DNA of 63,199 nucleotides, from assembly GCA_034430335.1 (NCBI GenBank), contig DAOUES010000059.1, forward strand, positions 1-63,199, in the 5' to 3' direction. Position numbers and translations under genes: made by a program. Source of the stretch: Anaerolineae bacterium. GTDB lineage: Bacteria; Chloroflexota; Anaerolineae; Aggregatilineales; UBA3940. How positions within the stretch are numbered: the first letter of the stretch is position 1; each line of letters begins with the position of its first letter. The notes under the pieces were generated by a model. The model saw nothing but the letters and a program-made list of their open reading frames with translations. It did no database searches and was not told the DNA's origin. Below, one piece after another: positions 37,085-46,761 of this stretch.

Positions 37085-37969
37085 TTATTCCGGCGGCAGC
37101 CCAAGCGCCCCGGCAGCGACGGTGCAAAGATCGCTGCCGCCCGACTCCAGCCACTCGATCAGCGTCGGGCTTTGCTGAAGATGCAGTTCGGCTTCTTCGT
37201 AGATGCCGCTTCCCCAGTATTGATAATACTGCGTCTCGGCGTCCCATTCGGCGGGGGAAAGATAGATCGCGCCGGGGCCGCCGTTGTAGGCGGCGAAGGT
37301 CAGGCCCAGGTCGCCGTTTGCCAGGGCGTACATCTCGGTGAAGTAGGTCAGCCCCCGGTAGGCGTTGGTATCCGCGTCGTAGGGGTCTTCGCCCTCCTCG
37401 AAGTGCAGCGGCATCAACTGAAACAGTCCCGATGCCCCCACCGGTGAAACTGCCGCCGGGTTCCCGCACGATTCGATCTGCATCAAGGTGGCGATCAGAT
37501 TAGGCTTCACCCGGTAAGTAATCGACCATTGAGCAATCGAACCGGCCCAGTGCTGGACTTCCTTGGTGAAGATCGGCGAGATCGACAAATCCCAGTTGGG
37601 GGTAGGAAGCTCCGAATCGGGTGGAATCTCCATCCCCTCGACGATGAACACCGGTTCGGCGGGGGGCAGGGTGGCAGCAGCGGGCGCTTCCGGGCCTCTG
37701 AACCAGCCCGCAACTGTCCCAATCGCCTTGACGGGCAGCGAAGGTTCGATGATCAGGATCATGATCAGCAAGGCCCACACCGGCAGGAAGCGGATCGCCA
37801 GGGTCAGGAAGGAGACCGGGCGCTTTGCTTCCTCTTCCTCGGCCTGCCGCGCGGCTTCGCCGCGATTCAGCGTGACCCTGGGCTTGATCACCCGCCAGCC
37901 GGTAACCGGGGAATCCTCGTCGGGTTCCGGTTCGTAGACTATTTCGCTGTGGGGATCGCTGCTGCTCAT
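37085..37969 (-). CDS. Membrane-anchored lytic transglycosylase (SLT domain)
   Basis: TM FLPVWALLIMILII. SLT catalytic block MQIESCGNPAAVSPVGASGLFQLMP and AYNGGPG. Confidence 0.8.
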   Translation of the reverse strand: MSSSDPHSEIVYEPEPDEDSPVTGWRVIKPRVTLNRGEAARQAEEEEAKRPVSFLTLAIRFLPVWALLIMILIIEPSLPVKAIGTVAGWFRGPEAPAAATLPPAEPVFIVEGMEIPPDSELPTPNWDLSISPIFTKEVQHWAGSIAQWSITYRVKPNLIATLMQIESCGNPAAVSPVGASGLFQLMPLHFEEGEDPYDADTNAYRGLTYFTEMYALANGDLGLTFAAYNGGPGAIYLSPAEWDAETQYYQYWGSGIYEEAELHLQQSPTLIEWLESGGSDLCTVAAGALGLPPE

Positions 37970-38084
37970 TAATTGTCTCTCGGCGGAAGATGTCCACCTG
38001 TTCTCGTTTTTACCGTCTCCGGGATTATACCCGACCGGGGGGCATTATTTGAAGGAAAGTACGTTATTGTTACGTAAAATGTTT

Positions 38085-38879
38085 CTACTGGCTGCTTCCG
38101 CCGCGCTTTTCGATCTCCTCTTTTGCCAGCATCAGCAGGGTTTCCCGGTCGGCGTCGGTCAGTGGGGCGGTCAGTAGCAGATCGGGGCGGCGCTGCCACG
38201 TTCGCCGCAGCGATTGTTCCCGCCGCCACGCATCGATCTTCGCCTCGTGGCCCGACAGCAGTATCTCCGGCACTTCCAGCCTCCTGAATTCAGGCGGGCG
38301 TGTGTAGTGTGGATATTCCAGCAGGCCGGTCGCGTGGCTGTCGTCGACCGGGCCGGTGGGGTCGCCCAGCGCGCCGGGCAAAAGCCGGGTGACCGCGTCG
38401 ACGACGACCATCGCGGCCAATTCACCGCCGGTCAGCACGTAATCGCCGATGGACAACTCATCGGTGATCACCAATTTTCTGGCCCGCTCGTCGATCCCTT
38501 CGTAATGCCCGCAGATCAATGCGAGGCGCGGATGCTGGCTCAACTCCTGGGCGATTCGCTGGTCGAAAACCCGCCCCTGCGGGCTGAGTAGGATCACCGG
38601 GACGGCTTCGCCCGCCGGGAGTGTCGCCTCAATCGCAGCGATGAGCGGCTCCGGCTTGAGGATCATCCCGCCGCCGCCGCCGTAGGGAGTGCCGTCGGCG
38701 GTATGGTGTTTGTCGGTCGTATAATCCCGGATGTCGTGCAGGTTGATCGATACGATGGCGTTTTCCTGGGCGCGCTTGAGCATCGACTCGGTCAGCGGCC
38801 CGGCGAACATTTCCGGGAACAGGGTAAAGATGTCAAATTGAAGCACGCGGCTGGCCCCTACTCGCTTTCGAGCACCCAC
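38085..38879 (-). CDS. trmD: tRNA (guanine37-N1)-methyltransferase TrmD
   Basis: [47 protein letters not shown]. The start may be GTG 38846, which would remove the 22-nt overlap with the upstream gene. Confidence 0.9.
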   Translation of the reverse strand: MGARKRVGASRVLQFDIFTLFPEMFAGPLTESMLKRAQENAIVSINLHDIRDYTTDKHHTADGTPYGGGGGMILKPEPLIAAIEATLPAGEAVPVILLSPQGRVFDQRIAQELSQHPRLALICGHYEGIDERARKLVITDELSIGDYVLTGGELAAMVVVDAVTRLLPGALGDPTGPVDDSHATGLLEYPHYTRPPEFRRLEVPEILLSGHEAKIDAWRREQSLRRTWQRRPDLLLTAPLTDADRETLLMLAKEEIEKRGGSSQ

Positions 38880-40711
38880 CGGTCGAATTGCAGCGGACCG
38901 GCCTGAGCGGACGTGATATCCAGCCCGTCGCCAATCGCCAGGGGGCGGGCGTAGTAGTAGAGCGGGATGACGGGCATTTCGCCTGTATCACCGAACAGGC
39001 TGTCAAGAATGGATGCATAAATCTCGGCGCGCGCCTCGTCATCGAATTCGCCGGGCGCTCGCGCCAACTGCCGGTCGAATGTATCGCAGGTGCGCATCTG
39101 GTCGAGATAGGCGTCGGGGAACAATTCCTGGCAGCCCAGTATGTCGGCCAGCCAGTGCTGTGTATCAGGATAATCGGCTTCCCAGGCAAGCGTGATCATA
39201 ATCGGGCGCTGCGTTTCCTCGTTGTCGATGATCATCGTCTGCGGTGTCTGTAGCAGATCGTACAGTTCGCGCAGCGGCTTGCGCCTGACGATGAACCTTC
39301 CCGTGCAGCCTAACTCTTTTTCCCACATGGCGATGTAGGTGTTGGCGATCTCAAGCGCGTTGGGGAATGTATCGTCCGTATAGAAATACGATCTTGGGAA
39401 CCCGTAGCAGCCCGGATACCCGGCCTCTTCGAGCGCCGCCCGTGCCGCGTCCGGATCGTAGCCGGTTTCTGTTTCGTCGAAAGGCGGCGCGAGGACGGTT
39501 CCCGGCGGGACGAGCGATGCGGCGGGCAGCCCTGCCTCGCCAGTTGCGGCGAGCGTCTCATAAACAAACGCTTCCCGGTCGATTGACAGCGAGAGCGCCC
39601 GGCGGACAAGCGGATCGTCGACCGGGTAAGATTCGTAGGAAAAGACGATGAACGAGGCACCGGGCAGCGCCAGCATCCGGTAAGATGGATCGGTGCGGAA
39701 GGGTGTGTTGACCAGTTGATCGGGGGGAACGGTCGCCAGTTCGAGTGACCCGTTTTGCCAGGCGCGGTATGCCTGCCCGGTTGAGTCAAAACCGATCAGG
39801 ACGATGTCGATGTTCCCGGCGCGTTCAATCGGCCAGTGCGGGTTGGCGATCAGCGTATAGCCTTCCGCTGCCGGGATGGTCGGTTGAAGAGTGTACGGGC
39901 CGCTCGTCCAGATTTTGTCCGGGTCAGTCCAGGCATCGCCCTCCACGTCGACCAGGTCGGCAGGGACGGGGTGGAGCATCGGCATGGCAAGGATCGACGG
40001 AAAGACCGCCGAATCTTCGGTCAGCTTGAACTCGACGATGTAGTCGTCGATGACCTTCACGCCCAGCGTTTGTTCGATATCCTCTTCGGTGGGCAGCGGG
40101 TTTTGCATGGCGTTGATCGCTTCGCAGCCTTCGATCAGGAACATGCCGGGCTGGTAGCCAAGCAGTGCGCCGGTCGATGGATGGCAGATGCGCCTGACCG
40201 AGTAAACGATATCCCCGGCATCGACCGGCCTCACCGGTTCGATCTGCTCGGTCTGCGGGTTGATCTTCACCCAGTAGATATCCTGACGCAACCTGATCCA
40301 CCAGGTCAGGCCATCTTCGGTCTTTTCCCAACTCTCGGCCAGACCCGGTTCAAGCCGGTTTGTTTCCGGGTCGATCCTGAACAACCCGGCGAACAGGTTG
40401 TCGACCAGGTCATTTTCTGCGCCGTTGAGCGGGGCGACCCTGGCCGGGTCGATTGTTTTCGGCTGGCTGCCCAGGTCGATGGAGATGATCGTCGGGTCTT
40501 CTCGCACGGTTTCTTCATCTGCTTCCGCCTCCGGTTGCCGGGCTTCTTCGGTCGCGGTAACCTGCTCGTCGGGGGGAACGGCTGTCCGGGTTGGCGTGGG
40601 CGCGAGCGTGGGCTGGGGCTGGCATCCACCGGTGGCAAAACCGGCAGTGACAACAAGCATCACACAGGTGAGGTGCAGCAGTTTATGTCGAAATGATCGC
40701 GGATCGCTCAT
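38858..40711 (-). CDS. ABC-transporter substrate-binding lipoprotein, family 5 (peptide/nickel type)
   Basis: Signal with lipobox ATGGC, Pro/Thr linker, family-5 blocks (L..GLF..DPET....PGLAESWE...DG..W...LR.D..W). 617 aa. Confidence 0.85.
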   Translation of the reverse strand: MSDPRSFRHKLLHLTCVMLVVTAGFATGGCQPQPTLAPTPTRTAVPPDEQVTATEEARQPEAEADEETVREDPTIISIDLGSQPKTIDPARVAPLNGAENDLVDNLFAGLFRIDPETNRLEPGLAESWEKTEDGLTWWIRLRQDIYWVKINPQTEQIEPVRPVDAGDIVYSVRRICHPSTGALLGYQPGMFLIEGCEAINAMQNPLPTEEDIEQTLGVKVIDDYIVEFKLTEDSAVFPSILAMPMLHPVPADLVDVEGDAWTDPDKIWTSGPYTLQPTIPAAEGYTLIANPHWPIERAGNIDIVLIGFDSTGQAYRAWQNGSLELATVPPDQLVNTPFRTDPSYRMLALPGASFIVFSYESYPVDDPLVRRALSLSIDREAFVYETLAATGEAGLPAASLVPPGTVLAPPFDETETGYDPDAARAALEEAGYPGCYGFPRSYFYTDDTFPNALEIANTYIAMWEKELGCTGRFIVRRKPLRELYDLLQTPQTMIIDNEETQRPIMITLAWEADYPDTQHWLADILGCQELFPDAYLDQMRTCDTFDRQLARAPGEFDDEARAEIYASILDSLFGDTGEMPVIPLYYYARPLAIGDGLDITSAQAGPLQFDRWVLESE

Positions 40712-41577
40712 GATGACTCCTGTGGGTTGTTGAGTATCATCTCATGCTGTCTGAGACTCACCCTGAACCCTGCCATTTCTAATGGCGGCAGCATCGGGTC
40801 GGTTTCTGGAACGTTGAGGTAGGAAAAACTGGTTACCCGGTAATGATCCAGCAGATGCGAAAGCAGCAGGCTGCCGCAATTCTGATCGATGGCGCTCAAT
40901 TGTGTCACGCTGCCCTGGTGACCGTTATACTGGTAAAAGCACATCCCTACCAGTTGGCGATCAGACTGCTGCCGGGCCGATAATCCATAAAGTGTCGGGA
41001 GGATCACCCGCTGTGCATCGATTTCAGTCTGCCAGGAAGGGAGCGGTGCAGCAAACTCGGCCAGGTGCTCGATCAACTCCTCCGCCGGTTCTTCCTGGAT
41101 CACGAGATTATTTCTGCCCCTGATTGGTCTTTGCCGCGAGTGAGTGCAGTTCAAGATCAGCAGTTGGCGTCTGGTTTGAAAACCTAATGACTGGTAGAGC
41201 GAATGGGCCGCCGTGTTGCCGTTGATCACTTCGAGCTGGACAGTGCCCAGAGAAAGATGCCAGGCGCGTTCCAGTAAAGCCTGCATGATCAAGCGCCCGA
41301 TTCCCTGCCGCCTGTAGTTGGGGATCACCCCCATTCCGCCGATCCATCCCCGCCGCTGGCGCATCCCCAGCAGCCCCATCCCGACAATCTTACCGTTCTC
41401 CACTGCCGCGCAGGACGCATCGAGGCTGACCGATTCGCGGTCGGCGAGGTCGAGAAAAGAATGTCTGGTAAGCTGAATTGGTACGTGGTAATCCGCGTAG
41501 GCAGCATTGAGCGCCTTTACGAACTGCTGGATATCGAGTTCGGACACCGGGTGAATTTTGATGTTCTGGTTGACCAT
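40708..41577 (-). CDS. GNAT-family N-acetyltransferase
   Basis: Acetyl-CoA motif GVIPNYRRQGIGRLIMQALLERA...N..A..LY..LGF. ATGA overlap with the downstream SBP gene. Confidence 0.75.
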   Translation of the reverse strand: MVNQNIKIHPVSELDIQQFVKALNAAYADYHVPIQLTRHSFLDLADRESVSLDASCAAVENGKIVGMGLLGMRQRRGWIGGMGVIPNYRRQGIGRLIMQALLERAWHLSLGTVQLEVINGNTAAHSLYQSLGFQTRRQLLILNCTHSRQRPIRGRNNLVIQEEPAEELIEHLAEFAAPLPSWQTEIDAQRVILPTLYGLSARQQSDRQLVGMCFYQYNGHQGSVTQLSAIDQNCGSLLLSHLLDHYRVTSFSYLNVPETDPMLPPLEMAGFRVSLRQHEMILNNPQESS

Positions 41578-41703
41578 GTTGCAATAGTATCACGCTGTGC
41601 ATTCGGTTACAATAAATTTTGCGGCAGCCGCAACCTTTACCCGTTCAGTGCGTAATGTATTGTGAGATGCAACAATAGGGTGACTTGCAATTGAGAGAGT
41701 GGA

Positions 41704-42144
41704 TTGATGTCTGAATCTAAAAAACTTTACCGGAGCCATGATAACCGGATCATCGGGGGCGTATGCACCGGCCTGGGCGACTACTTTGGAGTCGACCCGG
41801 TGCTTATCCGGCTGGTGTTCGTTGCTTTAGCCCTGGTGAACGGAATGGGCGTTCTGGCCTACCTGATCCTCTGGTTGATCGTTCCGGAAAAGGGCGGCGG
41901 GGAGTTGGCCGGGGAAGACGTGGTGCGTTCCAATTTTAACGATATCAGCCAGAGCGTCTCGCGTTTCGGCCAGTCGCTGCGGGATACAGACCAGGGTGGG
42001 GTGCTGATCGGGGTTGTGCTGGTTGCCATCGGCGGCGTCTTCCTGTTGAAGACGTTCGTGCCACAGGTTAGCCCGGCGATTGTCTGGCCGCTGGCGCTGA
42101 TCCTGGTAGGGGCTTATTTACTGTTCTCTCGCAATCGAGAATGA
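41704..42144 (+). CDS. PspC-domain membrane protein
   Basis: LYRSHDNRIIGGVCTGLGDYFGVDPVLIRLVFVALALVNGMGVLAYLILWLIVP is the PspC signature. The real start is probably ATG 41707. Confidence 0.8.
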   Translation: MMSESKKLYRSHDNRIIGGVCTGLGDYFGVDPVLIRLVFVALALVNGMGVLAYLILWLIVPEKGGGELAGEDVVRSNFNDISQSVSRFGQSLRDTDQGGVLIGVVLVAIGGVFLLKTFVPQVSPAIVWPLALILVGAYLLFSRNRE

Positions 42145-42234
42145 ACGGCTCGGTGTGATGGTGTTCCATTTTCTCGTCGAGGGCATATCTTTCGGCGGGA
42201 GTGAATTCAGGTTGAGAGGATAGCGAGAATATCA

Positions 42235-43173
42235 ATGACAGAAGAACAAACTTTTCAAGAGCGTTCGCACCAGCGCGGTGCGCGAGGGATATCGGGGGCC
42301 GTCATCCTGATCGGGCTTGGCGTCGCGTTTCTACTTAGCAATCTTGGCGTGATCAATTTTCAGTGGTGGGCGTTGTGGCGATTGTGGCCCATCTTTTTTA
42401 TTCTGATCGGTCTGGACATTGTCCTGGGGCGTACGACAATTGGCAGTATTGTCGCCGCGATGATCGGGTTGGTGGTCGTGGTCGGTATGATCTACTGGGT
42501 CGGGACGACCGAATCCTCGATGCCGAGACCTTCCGGGCAGTCGATTACGAGGGATATCGAGCAGGTTGAGCTGGGCGATGTGGATCGGATTGAAGCCTAC
42601 GTCGATATCGGGGCTGCTTCGGCCACTATCGAAGGGTTGACTGACAGTCCTTATGTCGTCGATGGAACGTATACGACCGACGAGAGCATCGCTCTCCTGG
42701 TCGAGTATGACCGTCACGGTTCACGGGGTGACTTGAGTATCTCGCAGGAAGGCCCGGATTTCTGGTTTCCGACCGGTCCGGGTTATATCGGCGATCTGGA
42801 TTTGAAGATCACCGAGAGTGTGCCCGTCGACCTGAAGGTCGATACCGGCGTTGGGTCGCTCAATATGGACCTGTCCGGCATCGATCTTACATCCTTGAAA
42901 GTTGACGGCGGCGCGGGCGAGGTCGTCATCGTTCTGCCTGATGAAGGTTCATTCGAGGTAGATATCAATGCCGGGGTGGGGCGGGTCGAACTGACCGTCC
43001 CCGGCAGTCAGGAAGCCCGTGTCGAACTCGACGGCGGGCTGACCAGCGTCAACCTATCAGAACGCTTCCAAAAAGTCGACGATGACAAATGGGAAACCCG
43101 TGACTATAGCGAGAGCAGCGGCCTCGTCATCAACATCGATTCCGGGGTTGGCGAAATCCAAGTCCACGAATAG
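42235..43173 (+). CDS. LiaF-like membrane protein (N-terminal LiaI/LiaF-type TM region plus extracytoplasmic beta-rich 'toastrack'-like domain)
   Basis: TM block GAVILIGLGVAFLLSNLGVINFQWWALWRLWPIFFILIGLDIVLG. The C-terminal repetitive beta region is paralogous to the C-terminus of the kinase at 43332-45281. Confidence 0.7.
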   Translation: MTEEQTFQERSHQRGARGISGAVILIGLGVAFLLSNLGVINFQWWALWRLWPIFFILIGLDIVLGRTTIGSIVAAMIGLVVVVGMIYWVGTTESSMPRPSGQSITRDIEQVELGDVDRIEAYVDIGAASATIEGLTDSPYVVDGTYTTDESIALLVEYDRHGSRGDLSISQEGPDFWFPTGPGYIGDLDLKITESVPVDLKVDTGVGSLNMDLSGIDLTSLKVDGGAGEVVIVLPDEGSFEVDINAGVGRVELTVPGSQEARVELDGGLTSVNLSERFQKVDDDKWETRDYSESSGLVINIDSGVGEIQVHE

Positions 43174-43197
43174 CCTGGCACCTGGCCCGGCTAACTG

Positions 43198-43248
43198 ACA
43201 ATGCCACGATGGATCGGATAGTACCATCGTGGCATTGTGACTTTTTTT
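43198..43248 (+). terminator. Strong intrinsic terminator
   Basis: Perfect 15-bp stem ACAATGCCACGATGG / CCATCGTGGCATTGT, 11-nt loop, then GAC and TTTTTTT. Confidence 0.85.
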
Positions 43249-43331
43249 GATAGCATCCTTGTCGTTTCCGGTATAAAATCCACCCGTCATGTGTTTTCAA
43301 TGTCACTTTTCGTAACCCGGGATGTAAAATA

Positions 43332-45281
43332 ATGGCTCTGGAGAAGATTGGTCGGTACATCATCCAGAAAGAGATCGGTCGGGGTGGGATGGCGACCGTC
43401 TACCTGGCCCGCGATCCAAACTTTGACCGTGAAGTAGCAATCAAAATTTTACCTTCACAATATCTGCACGATCCCCTGTTTCGTGACCGCTTCGACCGGG
43501 AGGCCAAGACGGTCGCTGCACTGGAACACTTCGCGATTGTCCCCGTCTATGATTTCGGGCAGCAAGAGGAAACGCCCTACCTGGTCATGCGGTATATGAC
43601 CGGCGGCTCGCTCTCGGAACGTGTTAACAACGGCTCGCTAAAGTTAAGCGATTCTGCTACTGTGTTAGGCCGCATCGGTGCGGCGCTTGACGAAGCGCAC
43701 CAGCGGGGGGTCATCCACCGCGACCTCAAACCGGCCAACATCCTGTTTGATCGATACGGTGAAGCGTACCTTTCTGATTTTGGAATCGCAAAACTCAGCG
43801 AAGTGACGGCGGCCCTGACCGGCAGCGCCGTGATCGGCACGCCTGCCTATATGAGTCCTGAGCAGGCTTACGGCAACAGTGATATCGACGGACGCAGCGA
43901 CATCTACTCGCTGGGAGTGATCCTGTTCGAGATGCTCACCGGCGAAATGCCCTACGAGGCAAATACCCCGATGGGCGTCGCGATGAAGCACATCCTCGAC
44001 CCGGTGCCCAATATCCTGGATGTCGATCCCAATCTGCCGGAGGGCGTTGGATCGGTGATCCAGCGTGCGCTGGCAAAGCATCCCAATGACCGGTACCCTA
44101 CTGCCGTTCAGATGGCGAAAGACATCGAACTGGTTGCCAGCGGGGGCACGATCAACGTGCCGGAGATTCCCGTCCAGGAACCGACCCGCTATTCGACGCC
44201 CGACCTGAGCGAGATCACCGTCGTTTCACAGACCCAGCAGGTCGCCGGGGTGAAAACCGCTCCTAAAACGAAAGTGGTTCGCAAACCCACCTCGGTGCCG
44301 CCATCCCCGCAAACCGAATCGGGCACGGCGACGGATCGCCACTCGCGACGGGCCTTGCGCCAGGTTCGCCAACCCAGGCGGCGCAGGCCGTTTCTTACGC
44401 TCCTTCTCTTTCTGATCCTGCTCCTTGTCCTCTCGGTCTTCTCCGAACCCTACTGGCGTCCATTTGTCGGGCCGGAGGTTCCCTCGGTTCGCGCGTTTTT
44501 GCCGATCCCGGCAATGGACAGTGTGACCTACCCCATAGAGCAGGAATTAGGGGATGTCGACGAACTGGACGTTTCGCTTGAAATCGGGCACGCCGGTATC
44601 GAGGTTTACGGCCTTGAGGACAGCCTCAACGCGGTCGAGGGCAGCTACCGGGTCGGCGAAGACTACGAGAACCTGGGAATGGACTATCGAGAATCGTCCG
44701 GCAGCGGTGCCCTGGAAATTTCCCAGGATTCGCTGTTCGATCCCTTCGAGGCGGCCAGCCTTGAGTTGGGCATCACCGACGCCGTCCCGGTCAATCTCTC
44801 GTTGACCGTCGATGCCGGTGAACTGACCGTCGATCTGGAAGACCTGTATGTTGAATCGCTGAGGATCGAGGGAAACGGCGGCAAGTACGATATCACCCTG
44901 CCGTCACACGCCGAGAATCTCGTGGTCGACATCGAGAGCGGGGGCGGGGAGTTCACGCTCCGGCTGCCTGACGACGATTCGAATTTGAACCTGGAGTCGA
45001 TCAAGGTGGTCGGCCTTGCCGGTTCAATTTATCTCGAACTGCCCGGTCACGGCGACTACGAGGTGCAGACGACTGCCGGGGTAGGCGACATCACCATCAA
45101 AGTCCCCGACGAGATCGAAGCATCGGTGACGCTGGATGGGATGGCGGACCTCGAATTTCGCAGTGACCGCTTCGAGGAAACCGAGATGGGCGATTGGGTG
45201 ACGGCTGGCTACGAGGAGTCCGATAACCGGGCCGATATCCAGGTGACGGACATCCTGGGCAGCGTCCTCATCGATGATTGA
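43332..45281 (+). CDS. Hanks-type Ser/Thr protein kinase with TM and extracytoplasmic LiaF-like domain
   Basis: GRGGMATVY, VAIK, HRDLKPANILF, DFGIAK, GTPAYMSPE. Arg-rich stop-transfer plus TM LTLLLFLILLLVLSVF. The C-terminal domain aligns with the 42235-43173 product. Confidence 0.9.
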   Translation: MALEKIGRYIIQKEIGRGGMATVYLARDPNFDREVAIKILPSQYLHDPLFRDRFDREAKTVAALEHFAIVPVYDFGQQEETPYLVMRYMTGGSLSERVNNGSLKLSDSATVLGRIGAALDEAHQRGVIHRDLKPANILFDRYGEAYLSDFGIAKLSEVTAALTGSAVIGTPAYMSPEQAYGNSDIDGRSDIYSLGVILFEMLTGEMPYEANTPMGVAMKHILDPVPNILDVDPNLPEGVGSVIQRALAKHPNDRYPTAVQMAKDIELVASGGTINVPEIPVQEPTRYSTPDLSEITVVSQTQQVAGVKTAPKTKVVRKPTSVPPSPQTESGTATDRHSRRALRQVRQPRRRRPFLTLLLFLILLLVLSVFSEPYWRPFVGPEVPSVRAFLPIPAMDSVTYPIEQELGDVDELDVSLEIGHAGIEVYGLEDSLNAVEGSYRVGEDYENLGMDYRESSGSGALEISQDSLFDPFEAASLELGITDAVPVNLSLTVDAGELTVDLEDLYVESLRIEGNGGKYDITLPSHAENLVVDIESGGGEFTLRLPDDDSNLNLESIKVVGLAGSIYLELPGHGDYEVQTTAGVGDITIKVPDEIEASVTLDGMADLEFRSDRFEETEMGDWVTAGYEESDNRADIQVTDILGSVLIDD

Positions 45282-45344
45282 CGCACACCCCCTTCGACCG
45301 ACCCCACCCCCTTCGACGGGGCTGCGCCCCGCCACTTCCCCCTT

Positions 45345-45839
45345 TCAGGGGGCAGATCGGGTGGGCGTATCTTTTGAGAGGGGCCGGGTAGTCGCGACCA
45401 CCAGCCCTGCCGCGATGACAAGCCCCGCCATTCCCATCGAGAGACGCCATCCGGCAGCGCCGGGAAACATACCGCGCGGATCGACCGCGCTGATCGTCGA
45501 ATCACCGGCGGCGAAGGTCACTTCGATTGGCGAACCCTGCCCGCCGGTGTGATCGTAGAAGCGCCGGGTAACGATCTGCTCGCCGGTTCGCATCTTGCCC
45601 TCGGCGTTGGGGAAGGCGTAGCGGAGGATATAAGTGGTGACACCGAACGGGAGAAAACGATCCGCCTGCTGCTGGACGAGCTTTTCGGTGACGACTCCCT
45701 CGACCGCCACCGCACCGCCCGCCTGCCGGTATGGGCGATAGACACGCCGGACAGCCGTATAAGTCAGCGCCAGCGATGCCAGCGCCAGCCCGACCGCCCC
45801 GATTAGCAGGGCGGCTTGAAGAATTTTTCGCTTCTTCAT
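45345..45839 (-). CDS. Small two-TM membrane protein (DUF3592-like architecture)
   Basis: N-terminal TM, beta-rich middle, C-terminal TM. ATGA overlap with yjbQ. The family assignment is from memory of the architecture only. Confidence 0.55.
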   Translation of the reverse strand: MKKRKILQAALLIGAVGLALASLALTYTAVRRVYRPYRQAGGAVAVEGVVTEKLVQQQADRFLPFGVTTYILRYAFPNAEGKMRTGEQIVTRRFYDHTGGQGSPIEVTFAAGDSTISAVDPRGMFPGAAGWRLSMGMAGLVIAAGLVVATTRPLSKDTPTRSAP

Positions 45840-46252
45840 TCGCCGACGATCTGCACGACAAGCTGGCGCTTACGCGGGCGCGTGTCGAAATCGACATAGA
45901 GAATCTGCTGCCAGGTGCCGAGCGTCAATCGCTGTGAAACAAAGGGCACCGAAAGGCTGGGGCCGAGCAGCGCCGCGCGGACATGGCTGTGCCCGTTGCC
46001 ATCGTGCCAGCGCTGGTCGTGGCGATAATCCCGCCGGGGGTCGACGATCTCGTCGAATAGACGTTCAAGGTCGGAGAGCGCGCCGCTTTCGAACTCGATG
46101 GTCGTCAGCCCGCTGGTGGAGCTGGGGCAGAAAATGGTCACGACGCCGTTGCCGAGTTCCGACTCGGATACGAGCCGGGCAACTTCGGCGGTGATGTCGT
46201 GCATGTCGGCGTTCCCGCGTGTGTTTAGAGAAATCTCCTTTGTGATTACCAC
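45836..46252 (-). CDS. yjbQ: YjbQ/UPF0047 family protein (secondary thiamine-phosphate synthase)
   Basis: DITAEV...G.V.IF..HTSA-like FCPSSTSGLTTIE, GHSHVRAALLGPSLSVPF, LGTWQQI. GTG start. Confidence 0.85.
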   Translation of the reverse strand: MVITKEISLNTRGNADMHDITAEVARLVSESELGNGVVTIFCPSSTSGLTTIEFESGALSDLERLFDEIVDPRRDYRHDQRWHDGNGHSHVRAALLGPSLSVPFVSQRLTLGTWQQILYVDFDTRPRKRQLVVQIVGE

Positions 46253-46262
46253 GACTGTTTCC

Positions 46263-46757
46263 TCATTCTATAGAAGCATCAATGATCTGTGCGCCGGTCA
46301 CCCGGATCAAATCGCCGACGGGCACCTGGAGGTTCAGGCCGCGCTGCCCGGCGCTGATAGCGACCGTGTCGAGCGCTGCCGCCGGTTGGTCAATGTAAAC
46401 AGTGAATCCCCTGTTCAAGAGGGCCAGGGCCGAAATACCGCCGACTTTCAGGCCGGTGATCCGTTCGGCGTCGGCATGGCGTGCCATATGGACTTTCTTC
46501 AGACCCACCGCACCGGCGACTTTCTTCAGATCGAGCGACCGGTTGGCCGCGATCATGATCAACATCGGCCTGACGCCCGGCTGGTCGGCTTTGACGACCA
46601 GGGTCTTGTAGACATGGCCGGGCGGCAGGCCAGCATACGCGGCGACGGCGGTCGCGTCGTGAATGGTGTCGGGAAACTCGATGACTTCATAGGGCGCGTT
46701 CTGACCTTCCAGGACGCGCATCGCGAGGTTTTTGACCGGCTTCTTTTCCCGTGCCAT
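46263..46757 (-). CDS. ybaK: YbaK/EbsC-type Cys-tRNA(Pro) deacylase
   Basis: MAREKKPVKNLAMRVLEGQNAPYEVIEF...VYKTLVVKAD...SLDLKKVA...GGISALAL...TVAISAGQRGL. Trimmed from the 277-aa ORF, whose N-terminal part overlaps the upstream gene. Confidence 0.85.
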   Translation of the reverse strand: MAREKKPVKNLAMRVLEGQNAPYEVIEFPDTIHDATAVAAYAGLPPGHVYKTLVVKADQPGVRPMLIMIAANRSLDLKKVAGAVGLKKVHMARHADAERITGLKVGGISALALLNRGFTVYIDQPAAALDTVAISAGQRGLNLQVPVGDLIRVTGAQIIDASIE

Positions 46758-46761
46758 ACGT

